Positions 27,514-37,138 of a stretch of 58,552 nucleotides of DNA are shown in pieces. Origin of the DNA: a virus (Duplodnaviria > Caudoviricetes); IMG/VR virus record IMGVR_UViG_3300021962_000122, positions 1 through 58,552 of that record; one strand, written 5' to 3'. The notes under the pieces are model-generated. The model ran no database searches. It saw only the letters and a program-made list of their open reading frames with translations, and was not told where the DNA came from. The translations under genes were made by a program, and so were the position numbers. Position 1 is the stretch's first letter. Every line of letters starts with the position of its first letter.

Positions 27514-29481
27514 TCATGATTTTGCTAACCCGTACCTACGGTGAGCGCCACCGTCAGCGGCCAGAGGTATCCCCGGCATGTAACTCGGTTCCATAGTCAT
27601 CTGCGCCAAGACCCAAGTCTTAGCGTCAGCAACTTCTTCATCCGGCACAACAGCTATTAACTCGTCGTGCACCGTGCCAGCGATGGGGTACTTCTTCGAT
27701 ACCCTCAACATGCCATCCGTCATCACGATTCTGGCAAGCGCTTGCGTCACATTATTCGTTACTTTACCAGCATACAGCTTCGTTGCATGCTCTCCGTACA
27801 CCCACTGCGTTCTGCCTTTGTGATCTAACTCAGGGCGCAAGTTGGGGTACAGAAGTTTCATTCCGTTCGGCAATTCTATCTCGCCTTTTCGGAATGTCAA
27901 ACACTTGTGCTGGTACTCTTTACCCAGATACAGCGACTTGTGTATGAGTTCGCTGAACAGCCCCCACATGGACACAATTGGCCAAGCAGTACGGCGATAG
28001 GTGTCGATGATTGCCTTGGCGGCAAGGGCATGTGTCAGGAGTTCTTTGTCAGAACAAGTGTGTGGGATGTCGAACAGCTTGCTATCGTTGCCGTCCCAGC
28101 TGGCAAACTCCTGCGCGTACTCAGAGTTAACCCCTAACGCTTTGGCAAAGTCCTTGGAGTACCTGACAGGCGGCGCACCAAGGAAGCCTGTCAGAAGTTG
28201 CGACGCGAACGATGCCCAACCAAGCCCATACCCACAACCAAGTAACGCGCTCTTTGCAGACTGCCGCAAGTCTGGGTGGCTGTCCTTAGTAAGTCCGGGT
28301 ATGTTAAACATCTGCGCTCCGAACGCCGCGTAAGGGTCACCGCCTGCCCTGAAGATGTCGAGCATGTCTGTGTAGTCAGCCAGCCACGCAAGTACTCGCG
28401 GTTCAATCTGCGATAAGTCGCCAACAACGAGCTGGTAGCCTTCGGGAGCCATAATCGCTTTGCGTAAGAAACTTCCGCGCTTGAGGTTTTGCATGTTGAT
28501 TGCTGAACCTTTTGCCGCCGTCCAACGACCCGAGAGAGCGCCGTAATACGAGAGCGGAACCGGTAGTTTGCCGCGCTGGCTAATGTCAAGGAAGCGTTGT
28601 GCACGCGTGCGCTCGGTTGTGGATTTAACTTTAAGGCGTGCTTCACAAAGGAGGGCAACATCTTCACGTTCACCGTTGAGCATCGCTTGGAAGAGGGCGT
28701 CATTCTTTGCAAAAGCGTACGTCGTTTTGCCGGTAGTTTTACTGACCTTAGTCGGGGGAGTAACCCCGAGGCTTTCAAGTATGTTTGCAAACTTCGGGTT
28801 CGACGCGAGTTCAGTCTCCTGTATGCCGAGTCTTTGTAATAGTCCTTCACGCAACTCTCCTTCTTCTGTTAATGCTTTGATGAGCATCTTGCTGTCAAGC
28901 TCAAGCTGTGGTCGTGTGTACATTTTGAGCGTCATGTCGATCAGACGCAGTTCGGATTTGGGATAACCGGCTCCAAGTCGTTTGAAGATTTCCTCGCACA
29001 GGTACACATCATGGGCACAGTAGTCGGCGAGTTCTCGTTCAATGGTAACGTCCAGTTCGAGTAATCCGTCGGTGCTGTGTACAGCTGTGCCTTTAGCAGG
29101 GAGTCCAAAATCTTGAGCAAGTTTCGCGAGGGAATTACCAACCTCCACGCCGCGTAAAGCTCTTGCCATTGATAACGTGTCGAAGATGAAGGCAGGATGG
29201 GCGTTGTATACCCACTCCATAATGGATACATCGAACTGTGCGTTGTGCGCAAGCACTGCGGTTCGTCCCCAATTGATTCCAGAAAAGTATTCACGTAGTC
29301 CATCTCCTCCAACCCATTTAATTGGGTCATCGCTTCCGAACTCATGTACGCATGCTCCAAATGCTTTGAACCTTTTGTCACGTATGTACTCCTCAGTTGT
29401 AAGTTTTGATAGCGTGTAGTCCTTCTTATCCCACCGAGTTTCAAAGTCGATGGCGACTATCTTGTCAAATGTTTTTGTCAA
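27514..29481 (-). CDS. polA: Family A DNA polymerase (3'-5' exonuclease plus polymerase, no 5'-3' exonuclease)
   Basis: Exo motifs DFET, HNAQFD and YCAHD; motif A DLSQIE, motif B RQSAKSALLGCGYG, motif C VHDE. TTG start coupled to the upstream TGA. Confidence 0.92.
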   Translation of the reverse strand: MTKTFDKIVAIDFETRWDKKDYTLSKLTTEEYIRDKRFKAFGACVHEFGSDDPIKWVGGDGLREYFSGINWGRTAVLAHNAQFDVSIMEWVYNAHPAFIFDTLSMARALRGVEVGNSLAKLAQDFGLPAKGTAVHSTDGLLELDVTIERELADYCAHDVYLCEEIFKRLGAGYPKSELRLIDMTLKMYTRPQLELDSKMLIKALTEEGELREGLLQRLGIQETELASNPKFANILESLGVTPPTKVSKTTGKTTYAFAKNDALFQAMLNGEREDVALLCEARLKVKSTTERTRAQRFLDISQRGKLPVPLSYYGALSGRWTAAKGSAINMQNLKRGSFLRKAIMAPEGYQLVVGDLSQIEPRVLAWLADYTDMLDIFRAGGDPYAAFGAQMFNIPGLTKDSHPDLRQSAKSALLGCGYGLGWASFASQLLTGFLGAPPVRYSKDFAKALGVNSEYAQEFASWDGNDSKLFDIPHTCSDKELLTHALAAKAIIDTYRRTAWPIVSMWGLFSELIHKSLYLGKEYQHKCLTFRKGEIELPNGMKLLYPNLRPELDHKGRTQWVYGEHATKLYAGKVTNNVTQALARIVMTDGMLRVSKKYPIAGTVHDELIAVVPDEEVADAKTWVLAQMTMEPSYMPGIPLAADGGAHRRYGLAKS

Positions 29482-29747
29482 TTGAATGCCTCTTTAGGGG
29501 GTGCGTCGATAGTGTTTAAGAATCCGAAAAAAGTGTTGACCTCCAACAGCATTTCTGCGGCATCCATCTCGTCACAGTTCATTGTGGTGAGCGTTGTCAA
29601 TTCACCGTTTGTTTTGACCATCAACACCGCTTGATTTGGGTCAGCGCCGTAGCATGTGATGAGCGCCAGCACTGCCATCTTGAAGTGCATCTTCTCATCG
29701 TCGTCCATCATTGCCAGTCTTTTCTCTATGTCTTGTTCGAGTTCCAT
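29478..29747 (-). CDS. Hypothetical protein
   Basis: GAGG RBS before ATG 29747. Coupled to polA. Confidence 0.6.
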   Translation of the reverse strand: MELEQDIEKRLAMMDDDEKMHFKMAVLALITCYGADPNQAVLMVKTNGELTTLTTMNCDEMDAAEMLLEVNTFFGFLNTIDAPPKEAFN

Positions 29748-30028
29748 GTTATTACCTCTCTGAGTTCGTTTATGTTGTCTTCGTTTACCACCATTGCCAC
29801 TCCCCCTGCGCTTCTTATGCGGCGCATATGTTCTTCTTGCAGTGCGGTTGGTTTGTTCTTCCCCGCCTTTGCCTCTACCCCAATGAACATGCCATTGGCG
29901 CATATAAGAAAGTCTGGCACCCCTGAGTTGCCGTAACCTGTGCCGATTGGCATGGCGTAGTACACGCCCAGCTCATCCAACAGTTTCCTGATTTGTTTTT
30001 TAACTTTTACTTCGGGTGTCGATGCCAT
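29726..30028 (-). CDS. VRR-NUC domain nuclease (possible junction resolvase)
   Basis: TPE...GVPD...EAK...PTALQ motif. Confidence 0.85.
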   Translation of the reverse strand: MASTPEVKVKKQIRKLLDELGVYYAMPIGTGYGNSGVPDFLICANGMFIGVEAKAGKNKPTALQEEHMRRIRSAGGVAMVVNEDNINELREVITWNSNKT

Positions 30029-30048
30029 ACAGTTTCCTTTGAATTGGT

Positions 30049-30202
30049 GAGGGGGTCAAGTAGATTCCGCGCCCCCTCGATTCGCGGTTGGAAAGCTGAA
30101 CAACAGCGTTTTTTCCAATAGCTAAGCGGCGCTGCTGTTCGTGGTGCAATGGTCACATCTACTAGGTTTGCACAGACCACATCAATATACTCCCGCTTAG
30201 CC
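30049..30202 (-). ncRNA. Multiply pseudoknotted structured RNA
   Basis: Seven mutually compatible complementary segments cover most of the intergenic region. G-U pairs favour the minus strand. Confidence 0.7.
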
Positions 30203-30204
30203 GA

Positions 30205-30387
30205 TTACCATGTTGCCGCCTCTGCTTGGTCAAGCGTGTGCCGCCTTGCAGTGGTTTCGTGTTGTTTGTGAATACGTTCCAGTATCTTTGGGTCTACCCG
30301 CTCGAACGGGTTCCATTTGTTTTGTTCGACACGTTCCCTGACGCTAGCCGTTTTCTTCTGTTTTCTGTCAGCATTTGTTTTAACCAT
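30205..30387 (-). CDS. Hypothetical protein
   Basis: Short ORF (WNPFERVDPKIL) that overlaps the upstream ORF. Confidence 0.35.
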   Translation of the reverse strand: MVKTNADRKQKKTASVRERVEQNKWNPFERVDPKILERIHKQHETTARRHTLDQAEAATW

Positions 30388-30488
30388 TTGGTTGCCCCCA
30401 GTAACTTCCATTCTTCGTACTGCCACGCAGTCAAACGTGTACCAATGCGTTTCTGTGTAGTTGTCAATTCAGTCTTAGGTCTTGGCAT
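30294..30488 (-). CDS. Small basic protein, ribbon-helix-helix-like
   Basis: MPRPK...IGTRLT...LGATKWLK pattern. GGAG RBS. Confidence 0.55.
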   Translation of the reverse strand: MPRPKTELTTTQKRIGTRLTAWQYEEWKLLGATKWLKQMLTENRRKRLASGNVSNKTNGTRSSG

Positions 30489-30623
30489 TTGTGGTTTTCT
30501 CCGGCAGCCTTGGTTAAAAAGATAAGGTAGCAGTTGCTGCACCGCCATACAAGTCCTTCTTGCACGACAGTCCTGCGCTCACCATGTGAGCCGCGCACTT
30601 TACCAAAAAATGTTCTGATTTTT

Positions 30624-31040
30624 TCAAGCATTGTTCTTCTCCTTCAACTTTGCCTCTGCCCACCACACTGCTGATTGAAAAGCCTGTTCAGTTACCCAAG
30701 ATTCTTTACAGCCCTGTGCAATTTCCTCATCCGTCAGCCCTACCCATGTGCGCTGTGGTGCTGGCGCAATAGCAAGATGGCATCGCAATTCATTAGCCAA
30801 ACGATATGCTTTACTTAAATACTCTTCCTGCTCTGGCTGTGGTGCGCCCAAAAACTTTTGAACATTTACCTCATGTCGCTGTTTTTGCATTTCATCGACA
30901 TATTCCTTTGATATGTCGTTGGTAGCGACATTTGCCAAGGCTTTTTCAACAATAGAAATAGCTTCTGCTGTTCCGCATGGCTCACCGCCATGACAATATT
31001 TCAACACCGCAAGCACCAGCTTCAATTCTTCTTGTGTCAT
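30624..31040 (-). CDS. Hypothetical protein with WVGLTDEEI...EAKLKEKN tail
   Basis: Coupled ORF ending in a recurrent phage C-terminal motif. Confidence 0.6.
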   Translation of the reverse strand: MTQEELKLVLAVLKYCHGGEPCGTAEAISIVEKALANVATNDISKEYVDEMQKQRHEVNVQKFLGAPQPEQEEYLSKAYRLANELRCHLAIAPAPQRTWVGLTDEEIAQGCKESWVTEQAFQSAVWWAEAKLKEKNNA

Positions 31041-31258
31041 GTGTAATCTCCTTCCTCTGTATGCTCCATCAGCCGTGCGGTCAGCCGAGCAATGCGTTGT
31101 TCGTTGTATCGAATAGCCGCATTCGCATACTCCGCCGCAGTCTCAGCTTCCAACTTGCGCAAGTGTGCTTCACGCAGTTCAGTGGCAATGACTTCGTTAA
31201 TAGTCCTAAGCCTCAACACGTCCTTGATGTATTTGATGGTTGTGGTTCTGAAGCTCAT
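31037..31258 (-). CDS. Hypothetical coiled-coil protein
   Basis: ATGA-coupled ORF. Confidence 0.55.
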   Translation of the reverse strand: MSFRTTTIKYIKDVLRLRTINEVIATELREAHLRKLEAETAAEYANAAIRYNEQRIARLTARLMEHTEEGDYT

Positions 31259-31569
31259 TTCTTCATCTCCCTGATATAGATTGCAAACGAACTGATGGTG
31301 TCTTGACCAAAACCTGTCAGCTTCTCGACGTGCTGTGCCACTTCTTCGATGACATCATTTCTTGTTGGTTGGGCGTAAAGAGCAATCGGCTTATATGTAC
31401 TCGCAGGCTTCTTCCACCGAAAGTATTTATGACCCACTGCGTTTTCACACAGATAACCAGTTGGCTCTTGGCTTTCGATCTGCGCCCTCACAGCCGCCAT
31501 GCGTTGCTTTGCCATGTGCTCAATCTCGTTGAACGCTTCGTCTTCGTCAGGTGTTGTTGGTTCAATCAT
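31255..31569 (-). CDS. Hypothetical protein
   Basis: GGAGG RBS, coupled ORF. Confidence 0.55.
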   Translation of the reverse strand: MIEPTTPDEDEAFNEIEHMAKQRMAAVRAQIESQEPTGYLCENAVGHKYFRWKKPASTYKPIALYAQPTRNDVIEEVAQHVEKLTGFGQDTISSFAIYIREMKK

Positions 31570-31798
31570 CTTTGTCCTCCCGCCATGTGCCATCAAGCCA
31601 CGCGTCTAAACGCCTGTGCAATGCAGCTCTGTTGCGTTCGCCAACAGTCAAGCCGTTGTCAGTCTTCTGCGGATTGGTAAACAGCTTTCCGAAACCATCG
31701 TCTGCATTGAACTGAAGCATTTTGTCGTTGACCTTGATGGCAAGGTAAAGCAACGGCATGCCAAATCCATCCATCAATGATTCTTCTTTCTCATTCAT
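31562..31798 (-). CDS. Hypothetical protein
   Basis: GGAGG RBS before ATG 31798. Confidence 0.5.
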   Translation of the reverse strand: MNEKEESLMDGFGMPLLYLAIKVNDKMLQFNADDGFGKLFTNPQKTDNGLTVGERNRAALHRRLDAWLDGTWREDKDD

Positions 31799-31911
31799 CC
31801 CGTCCTCCGTTCTGTAGGTAAAAGATTGCCGCAACGAACACAGCGCCAATTACCACAACCATGAATGCGCCAAAGCCCATCAGTATTAGCGTCACAAGTA
31901 CATCCCACATG

Positions 31912-32424
31912 TCAGCCTCCAAACATTTTCTTCAGCTCATCATACAAAGCTCGCGCCTGTTTTAAGCCGATGTTGTTGATAATTGTTTCTGCATCCCACT
32001 GAGTTGTTGCTGTAGTTTGAGGTGCCAGCGCGGCAATGCCAGCACTCTTTGGCTTGGTAACTATTTTGTTGATGCGTTTGCCCTCAGCTTTAAACTTCTT
32101 GGTTGCCTTCAGCGGTGTGTATGTGGGTACGATTAAAGTGAGCCGTCCGTTGTGGTCACGCACCATTTGTTTTTGCTTTACAAATTGTGTGAGCAGTGAC
32201 CCCACAGAGGCACGCTTGAACCCACGCTTCTCCAGCGCATCACATATCTCACCGCCGTTTTTGCTTGGGTTGTTCTTGACATAGTTGAATGTCTCTTGTG
32301 TCACATTGTTGGTTGGTTTGAATGCTTGGGGTAATGCTTTCACTTTTTTCTCCTGTTGAATTTGTTGGTCGTCTTTTTCCCATGATGAAAGCGCAGTCGA
32401 TAGCGCGGTTTTCAAATCAGGCAT
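31912..32424 (-). CDS. Hypothetical protein with winged-helix-like segment
   Basis: TFNYVKNNP...EICDAL...SVGSLLTQF segment. AAGGAGG RBS. Confidence 0.55.
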   Translation of the reverse strand: MPDLKTALSTALSSWEKDDQQIQQEKKVKALPQAFKPTNNVTQETFNYVKNNPSKNGGEICDALEKRGFKRASVGSLLTQFVKQKQMVRDHNGRLTLIVPTYTPLKATKKFKAEGKRINKIVTKPKSAGIAALAPQTTATTQWDAETIINNIGLKQARALYDELKKMFGG

Positions 32425-32439
32425 GAGTGTTCCCTCCTT

Positions 32440-33327
32440 TTAGAAACTGAACTTACTTAAGATTGCGTCAACATTCTTCTTGACATCTTGACGCACAGCC
32501 TCGTTCTTGCGTAGCTCAGTTGGTGTGACACCAACCAACATTTGCTCGAGGTCACGACGCGCTGTCTCCAACGCGGGGTCGTTCACAATGTTGAGTGCCT
32601 TGGTCAGGTCACACAACTCAAGCGCACCTTCTACCAAGGTGTCGTGGAAGCGACGAGGCTTGGCTTCACCTTGTACATAGTCAGTGGTCAGTCTGTCGGA
32701 CATACGTTTGAGGTGGGTGCCAAGGCGTTCGCGTACATCTGCCATCGCATGGTCAATGCGTTCTTGTGTCAGCTTGTCGAGCTTGGCTTTCAACGCTGCC
32801 TGTGCTTTGTTGCCCACATCTACGCGGAAGTCACCCGATGTAGGCACAGGCATGTAGTTAACACGAAACGAAAACTTGGTCATGATTTCGTTGGCACTCG
32901 GGTAGTCATCTCTCTTGAACATGTCGCCCAAAGCCATAGCCTGAGCAGTAATCAACGAGGGATAGATTGCCACGAATGACTTGACCAACGCAGTGAACTC
33001 ATGCTCGAAGTCGTCCAGCTTTTCTGTAAAAGTTATGAACGATGTGTTGGGCAACAAGCGCAAGCCTGAGTCAGACCAAGGCGATGTCTTGTCATACACA
33101 TACTGACGCGCACGACCAACAGCTTGTTGGATAACCTCCAACTCTGTGCGACCTGCAAGCAGGTGCTTGTTGACGCGAGCCGCATCTTTCGCGGCGGCGT
33201 TCTTGTTTGCTACAACCTCATCGGTTGTTGTCTTGTCTAGCTTGCGTGCTGTCCAGACCGATGCGTTGAATTCAACAAGCATCGCGCATGTGTCGATGTT
33301 GTAACGGGGTGTAGTTGCTGTGTTCAT
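32440..33327 (-). CDS. DUF3150-like protein
   Basis: WTARKLD, PWSDSGLRLL, DYPS and LNIVNDP motifs. Follows the AAA/vWA pair. Confidence 0.55.
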   Translation of the reverse strand: MNTATTPRYNIDTCAMLVEFNASVWTARKLDKTTTDEVVANKNAAAKDAARVNKHLLAGRTELEVIQQAVGRARQYVYDKTSPWSDSGLRLLPNTSFITFTEKLDDFEHEFTALVKSFVAIYPSLITAQAMALGDMFKRDDYPSANEIMTKFSFRVNYMPVPTSGDFRVDVGNKAQAALKAKLDKLTQERIDHAMADVRERLGTHLKRMSDRLTTDYVQGEAKPRRFHDTLVEGALELCDLTKALNIVNDPALETARRDLEQMLVGVTPTELRKNEAVRQDVKKNVDAILSKFSF

Positions 33328-33351
33328 GTTGTGCTCTCCTTGGTTGATTGA

Positions 33352-34476
33352 TTACTTGTTACCGAAATAAATTTTGTGCTCGGACAACATCTTGCCGAAG
33401 TTGGCAATGGTTGCGAACACGCCTACACGCTGAGATGTAGCGACGGTGTTGCAGAAGATTGATTGCATCTCTGCACGCATACGCCACACATACTCAGTGA
33501 CTGCTTCAGCTTCTTCGCGTGTCTGTGCACGAGATACAAACTGGAAGACTTGAATCAACTGCGCGGTTGGGTTGTCAGACATCGGTGCCTTGGCAGGGTC
33601 AGCGATAACACGCGCATAGTCACAGATGTCACGACCGAAGCGAACGAACGATGCCATTGCCTCGGCAGTAACGACACCGACAGTACCGATGAGTGCATGC
33701 TCAAGTGTGTCGTCGTCAAGTGTGTGCATGCCCTCGTCCAAGATGTCACCAGCGGCAACGAGGGAACGAGGCGTTGCATACGCGAGTTGTGTGGACTTGG
33801 GATTGAAGATGTGCGCGTTGTCTTTGGACAGCGTCTTACCCTCAAACTTGCCACCCTTCTCGTAGTCGAGGAACGAGTCCATGACCATCGGGTTGTTGTC
33901 AACGAATGCAATGACCATCGGATTGACACCCGCATCGGTAGCCCAACGCACCCACTCGACAGCAGTCGGCTTGCGCATCTTGACGAACACAAGACGGTTG
34001 CGTAGGTGAGCTTGGATGGAGTCGCCAAGACCCTCGACCGAGAGATTGGTAGCGGCAAAGACAACGCTACCCTCGACGAAGTGATAGTTGCCAACGCGTT
34101 GCTCGTAGACGATAGGCGCAAGAACATTCTTGATGAACTGCGGTGCCTTGGCTATCTCATCTAAGAACACCATGATAGGTTTGCCACCGTTAACGCCACG
34201 CTGATTGGTTTTGGATACACCGAAGCGTTCATTGGGAAGCTCACGCGACACGCCGTTCTCACGGTCAAGGTCAGGCATCCACACCGAGCCATCGGACAAC
34301 TGAGTGCAGTCGATGGGGTCAACGGCAATGTGATTGGCAAACTTAGGCAGACGCTTGAGTTGATGGAACAACGCAGTCTTGCCGATACCGTTCTCGCCCT
34401 CGACGATGACGGTACGCTTGTGACCCACAGCAGAGATGAGGTCAATGACTTGAGAAGAAGAGAGATATTTATCCAT
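33352..34476 (-). CDS. MoxR-like AAA+ ATPase
   Basis: Walker A GENGIGKT, Walker B FLDE, AATN sensor I, LRNR Arg finger and TPRS sensor II. Confidence 0.85.
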   Translation of the reverse strand: MDKYLSSSQVIDLISAVGHKRTVIVEGENGIGKTALFHQLKRLPKFANHIAVDPIDCTQLSDGSVWMPDLDRENGVSRELPNERFGVSKTNQRGVNGGKPIMVFLDEIAKAPQFIKNVLAPIVYEQRVGNYHFVEGSVVFAATNLSVEGLGDSIQAHLRNRLVFVKMRKPTAVEWVRWATDAGVNPMVIAFVDNNPMVMDSFLDYEKGGKFEGKTLSKDNAHIFNPKSTQLAYATPRSLVAAGDILDEGMHTLDDDTLEHALIGTVGVVTAEAMASFVRFGRDICDYARVIADPAKAPMSDNPTAQLIQVFQFVSRAQTREEAEAVTEYVWRMRAEMQSIFCNTVATSQRVGVFATIANFGKMLSEHKIYFGNK

Positions 34477-34497
34477 GATTACTTTCCTTTGTGTTGA

Positions 34498-35694
34498 TTA
34501 AAGATTGATATGCAAGACCTTGCCGTAAGTGGGAACGAACGAGTCGTTGTCCACCACACCCCACAGAGACGGCATCGGGGTGCTAGGCGTATCGCAACCG
34601 AGGTATCCATCGGTTAGCCACACGATTGCTTTGGCATCTATCTTGTGCTCACGAATGTAGTCGACAACAACTTGTGGAGTTGTGCCACCACCGCCTTGAG
34701 GTTGCAAGAGAGACGCAATCAATTCATACTCAGTTGGTTTGAACAACTGTTCACCGCACACTTCGTTGTCCCACCACAAGATGCGAACAGCCTCGGGCTT
34801 GACCAGTTGACAGATGCGAGCAACCTCGCCAAAGAGCAGACGATAGTGCGGATACATCGAGCCTGATGTATCGCATGCAAGTATCAACTCGCCAACTGAC
34901 TCGGTGAAGTGCGAAGGCATGATGAAGCCAGACGCAAGCAGTCGTTTGTTGGGAGGACAGAAGCGTGAGTTGTCATCGCCTTGGGATATGGCAGTTATCC
35001 AGTCCTGCATAGCTGGTCGCCAGTCAGTGATGCGTTCCTTGGCATGACCGAAGATGTCACGCCCGCCATTGCCCTTGCCCGCCAACTTACGCGCAAGCAT
35101 CTCGCCTTGACGATTGGCATCGTCAATTTGTTTGCTTAGCTTTTCTTTCTCGTCATCGGCAAACTCACCGTCCTCATGTGCGTCGATAGGTTCGTCATAC
35201 CCATGGTCATCGTCACTGCCATTGCCGTCCTTGTCAGGTTCCTTGCGCCCTTGTTTGATGAGGTCGTTGAGTACTTGAGGGAAAGACCAACCGAAGTATT
35301 TGCGGTCAATCAGTAGCGTTGGTGTGGGGCGTTCAACGAATGTGAAGTTGGGGTCAAGCTCTTCGATGAGTGCGTTGACCACATAGTCCTGCGCGATGTT
35401 GCTGAGCTTAGGCATGCGCTTAATCTCTGCACGATACAACACACAGTGCTTGAGTGCCACATGGAAGTTCTCATGCAGTACGAGATAGCGCAGTTGCTTG
35501 CGGTTGAGTGGTGTGATGAAGTCAGCGCCGTACTTCTTGTCACGCCCATTGGTGGATGCGGTAGGCACCTTGTCCGATACCTCGGACTTGCCCATACATA
35601 TCACACCGCTGAGCAATGCGAATCGGTGGTCACGCATGCAGTCGATGTTGCACGCCTGAACCCGTTGGGTGAGGGTCATCTTCTCGAAAGTCAT
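34498..35694 (-). CDS. Metallopeptidase plus vWA domain protein (DUF2201-like)
   Basis: LHENFH zincin motif, DTSGSM MIDAS, GGGT and LTDG. Confidence 0.85.
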   Translation of the reverse strand: MTFEKMTLTQRVQACNIDCMRDHRFALLSGVICMGKSEVSDKVPTASTNGRDKKYGADFITPLNRKQLRYLVLHENFHVALKHCVLYRAEIKRMPKLSNIAQDYVVNALIEELDPNFTFVERPTPTLLIDRKYFGWSFPQVLNDLIKQGRKEPDKDGNGSDDDHGYDEPIDAHEDGEFADDEKEKLSKQIDDANRQGEMLARKLAGKGNGGRDIFGHAKERITDWRPAMQDWITAISQGDDNSRFCPPNKRLLASGFIMPSHFTESVGELILACDTSGSMYPHYRLLFGEVARICQLVKPEAVRILWWDNEVCGEQLFKPTEYELIASLLQPQGGGGTTPQVVVDYIREHKIDAKAIVWLTDGYLGCDTPSTPMPSLWGVVDNDSFVPTYGKVLHINL

Positions 35695-35734
35695 TTGCTT
35701 CTCCTGTTTAGTGTTTGTACAATTCTAGCATGCC

Positions 35735-35750
35735 TGTCAAAGGTTTGACA
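35735..35750. promoter_or_regulatory. Palindrome TGTCAAAGGTTTGACA within a putative minus-strand promoter (TGcTAGAAT extended -10)
   Basis: 10-bp arms span 35732-35753, upstream of the vWA gene RBS. Confidence 0.55.
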
Positions 35751-35771
35751 GGCTTAGGTTGCTAGGGGTTT

Positions 35772-36737
35772 TTACCAGTGCACATTACTGCGCGGGTAAT
35801 CTTTCTCCACAACAAATTGTGGAATAGTCTGCTTGACCGACTTCTTGTCCAAGTCCAGCGCCTTGAGGATGCGGGTCGACACCGCCTTGCGTAGGTCTTC
35901 TGCGGTGATGGGTTTGTCCAGCTTGTCGATGCTGTCGTTGTTGGGGTTGTTGCTGTGCCATGAATACGCAAGCGTGAAGTTTTCCTGCGCGTATGCACGC
36001 TTGGATGCCAACACATTCACCGCGTCTTGACACATCTCAAAGAAAGCATCAACCATGGATTGCGGCGGTGAGTCGTGGTGCGCTATTGCCTCGACTGCTT
36101 CACGATAGTGGTATATCTGCATACCGTTACCCCATGGACGACCCTTGCCTCTGCTCAGCTCTGCGCTTGCAGCAAACTCAGGCAGTCGCATCTGTGCAAG
36201 CATGATGAAGTTATCGAACCGCTTGAGTATCTCTGCGCGTGCCGTCTTGTCATCGTTGCCCGACACCATTTTGTGGTGCGGTGTGTGGACTGACTGCGCG
36301 GGGTCAAGGAACCCATCAACGAATATGAAGTCAGCGCTGAAGCTTTCGCCATCGTTGTGCAAGGATGACCTGTTGTAGATAGGTGCTATTACTCTTGTGC
36401 CATCAGCAAGCTCTATCGCATGACTTCTTGATATGCCAAGGACATGGTACATAAAGTCTTTGCTGGTAACTGAGTTGTCACCCATGTACAAGCGGCGTTC
36501 ATGTTTCTTGCCGTCGACTATCGTGGGTTCGTAGTACCTTGCCATCACTGTGTGATACAGAACGACATCGTAGTACTCAGGGTGCTTGACCAAGCGGTAG
36601 TGGTGGTAGGTCTTGTACAAGGGGCGTTCGTTCTCTGCCCACTTCTTACTGCGTACTGCGCCACGCTTGTTGAACACTGCTGTTGCTTCAGTGTAGTTGC
36701 GTACCCAAGCTAAGTGTCTTGTTGTGTTTCCAAACAT
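35772..36737 (-). CDS. Hypothetical early protein
   Basis: Long ORF with CAGGAG RBS before ATG 36737. Confidence 0.7.
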   Translation of the reverse strand: MFGNTTRHLAWVRNYTEATAVFNKRGAVRSKKWAENERPLYKTYHHYRLVKHPEYYDVVLYHTVMARYYEPTIVDGKKHERRLYMGDNSVTSKDFMYHVLGISRSHAIELADGTRVIAPIYNRSSLHNDGESFSADFIFVDGFLDPAQSVHTPHHKMVSGNDDKTARAEILKRFDNFIMLAQMRLPEFAASAELSRGKGRPWGNGMQIYHYREAVEAIAHHDSPPQSMVDAFFEMCQDAVNVLASKRAYAQENFTLAYSWHSNNPNNDSIDKLDKPITAEDLRKAVSTRILKALDLDKKSVKQTIPQFVVEKDYPRSNVHW

Positions 36738-36742
36738 GTTGC

Positions 36743-37138
36743 TTACTCCTGTGTTGTGGTTTGTTTGATTGCGGGGAACTCGGTGTGGAGTGAGTGCGAT
36801 GTGTAGAGGTAGTCCCAAAGGTCATCGCACTCGCCCCCTTGATTGCATTCCTCTTGCCCGTCCTCACCTACCATAATGATGCGATACCCCGCATCGGGGT
36901 AAAGCTCTACAGCCCAATCAAGTATTGCGTGATGCGATTTCACATCTTCGAAGTCTGCGTACCACTTCACATCCTGTACTTCAAATGTGATGATTGGTTC
37001 TGCGTACTGCACTTCGCATTCCTCAATTGCTTGTGCCCAGTTCTTCTCGTTGCGGTGTTTGACTAGCTCGACGAATGCGTCTCGCTGGTCTGTTGTTCCA
37101 AAGCGTATGACATACGCTACATCTGACCTATACCCCAT
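36743..37138 (-). CDS. Hypothetical early protein (MGYRSDV...KWY...GED motif)
   Basis: GGAG RBS, acidic composition. Confidence 0.65.
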   Translation of the reverse strand: MGYRSDVAYVIRFGTTDQRDAFVELVKHRNEKNWAQAIEECEVQYAEPIITFEVQDVKWYADFEDVKSHHAILDWAVELYPDAGYRIIMVGEDGQEECNQGGECDDLWDYLYTSHSLHTEFPAIKQTTTQE

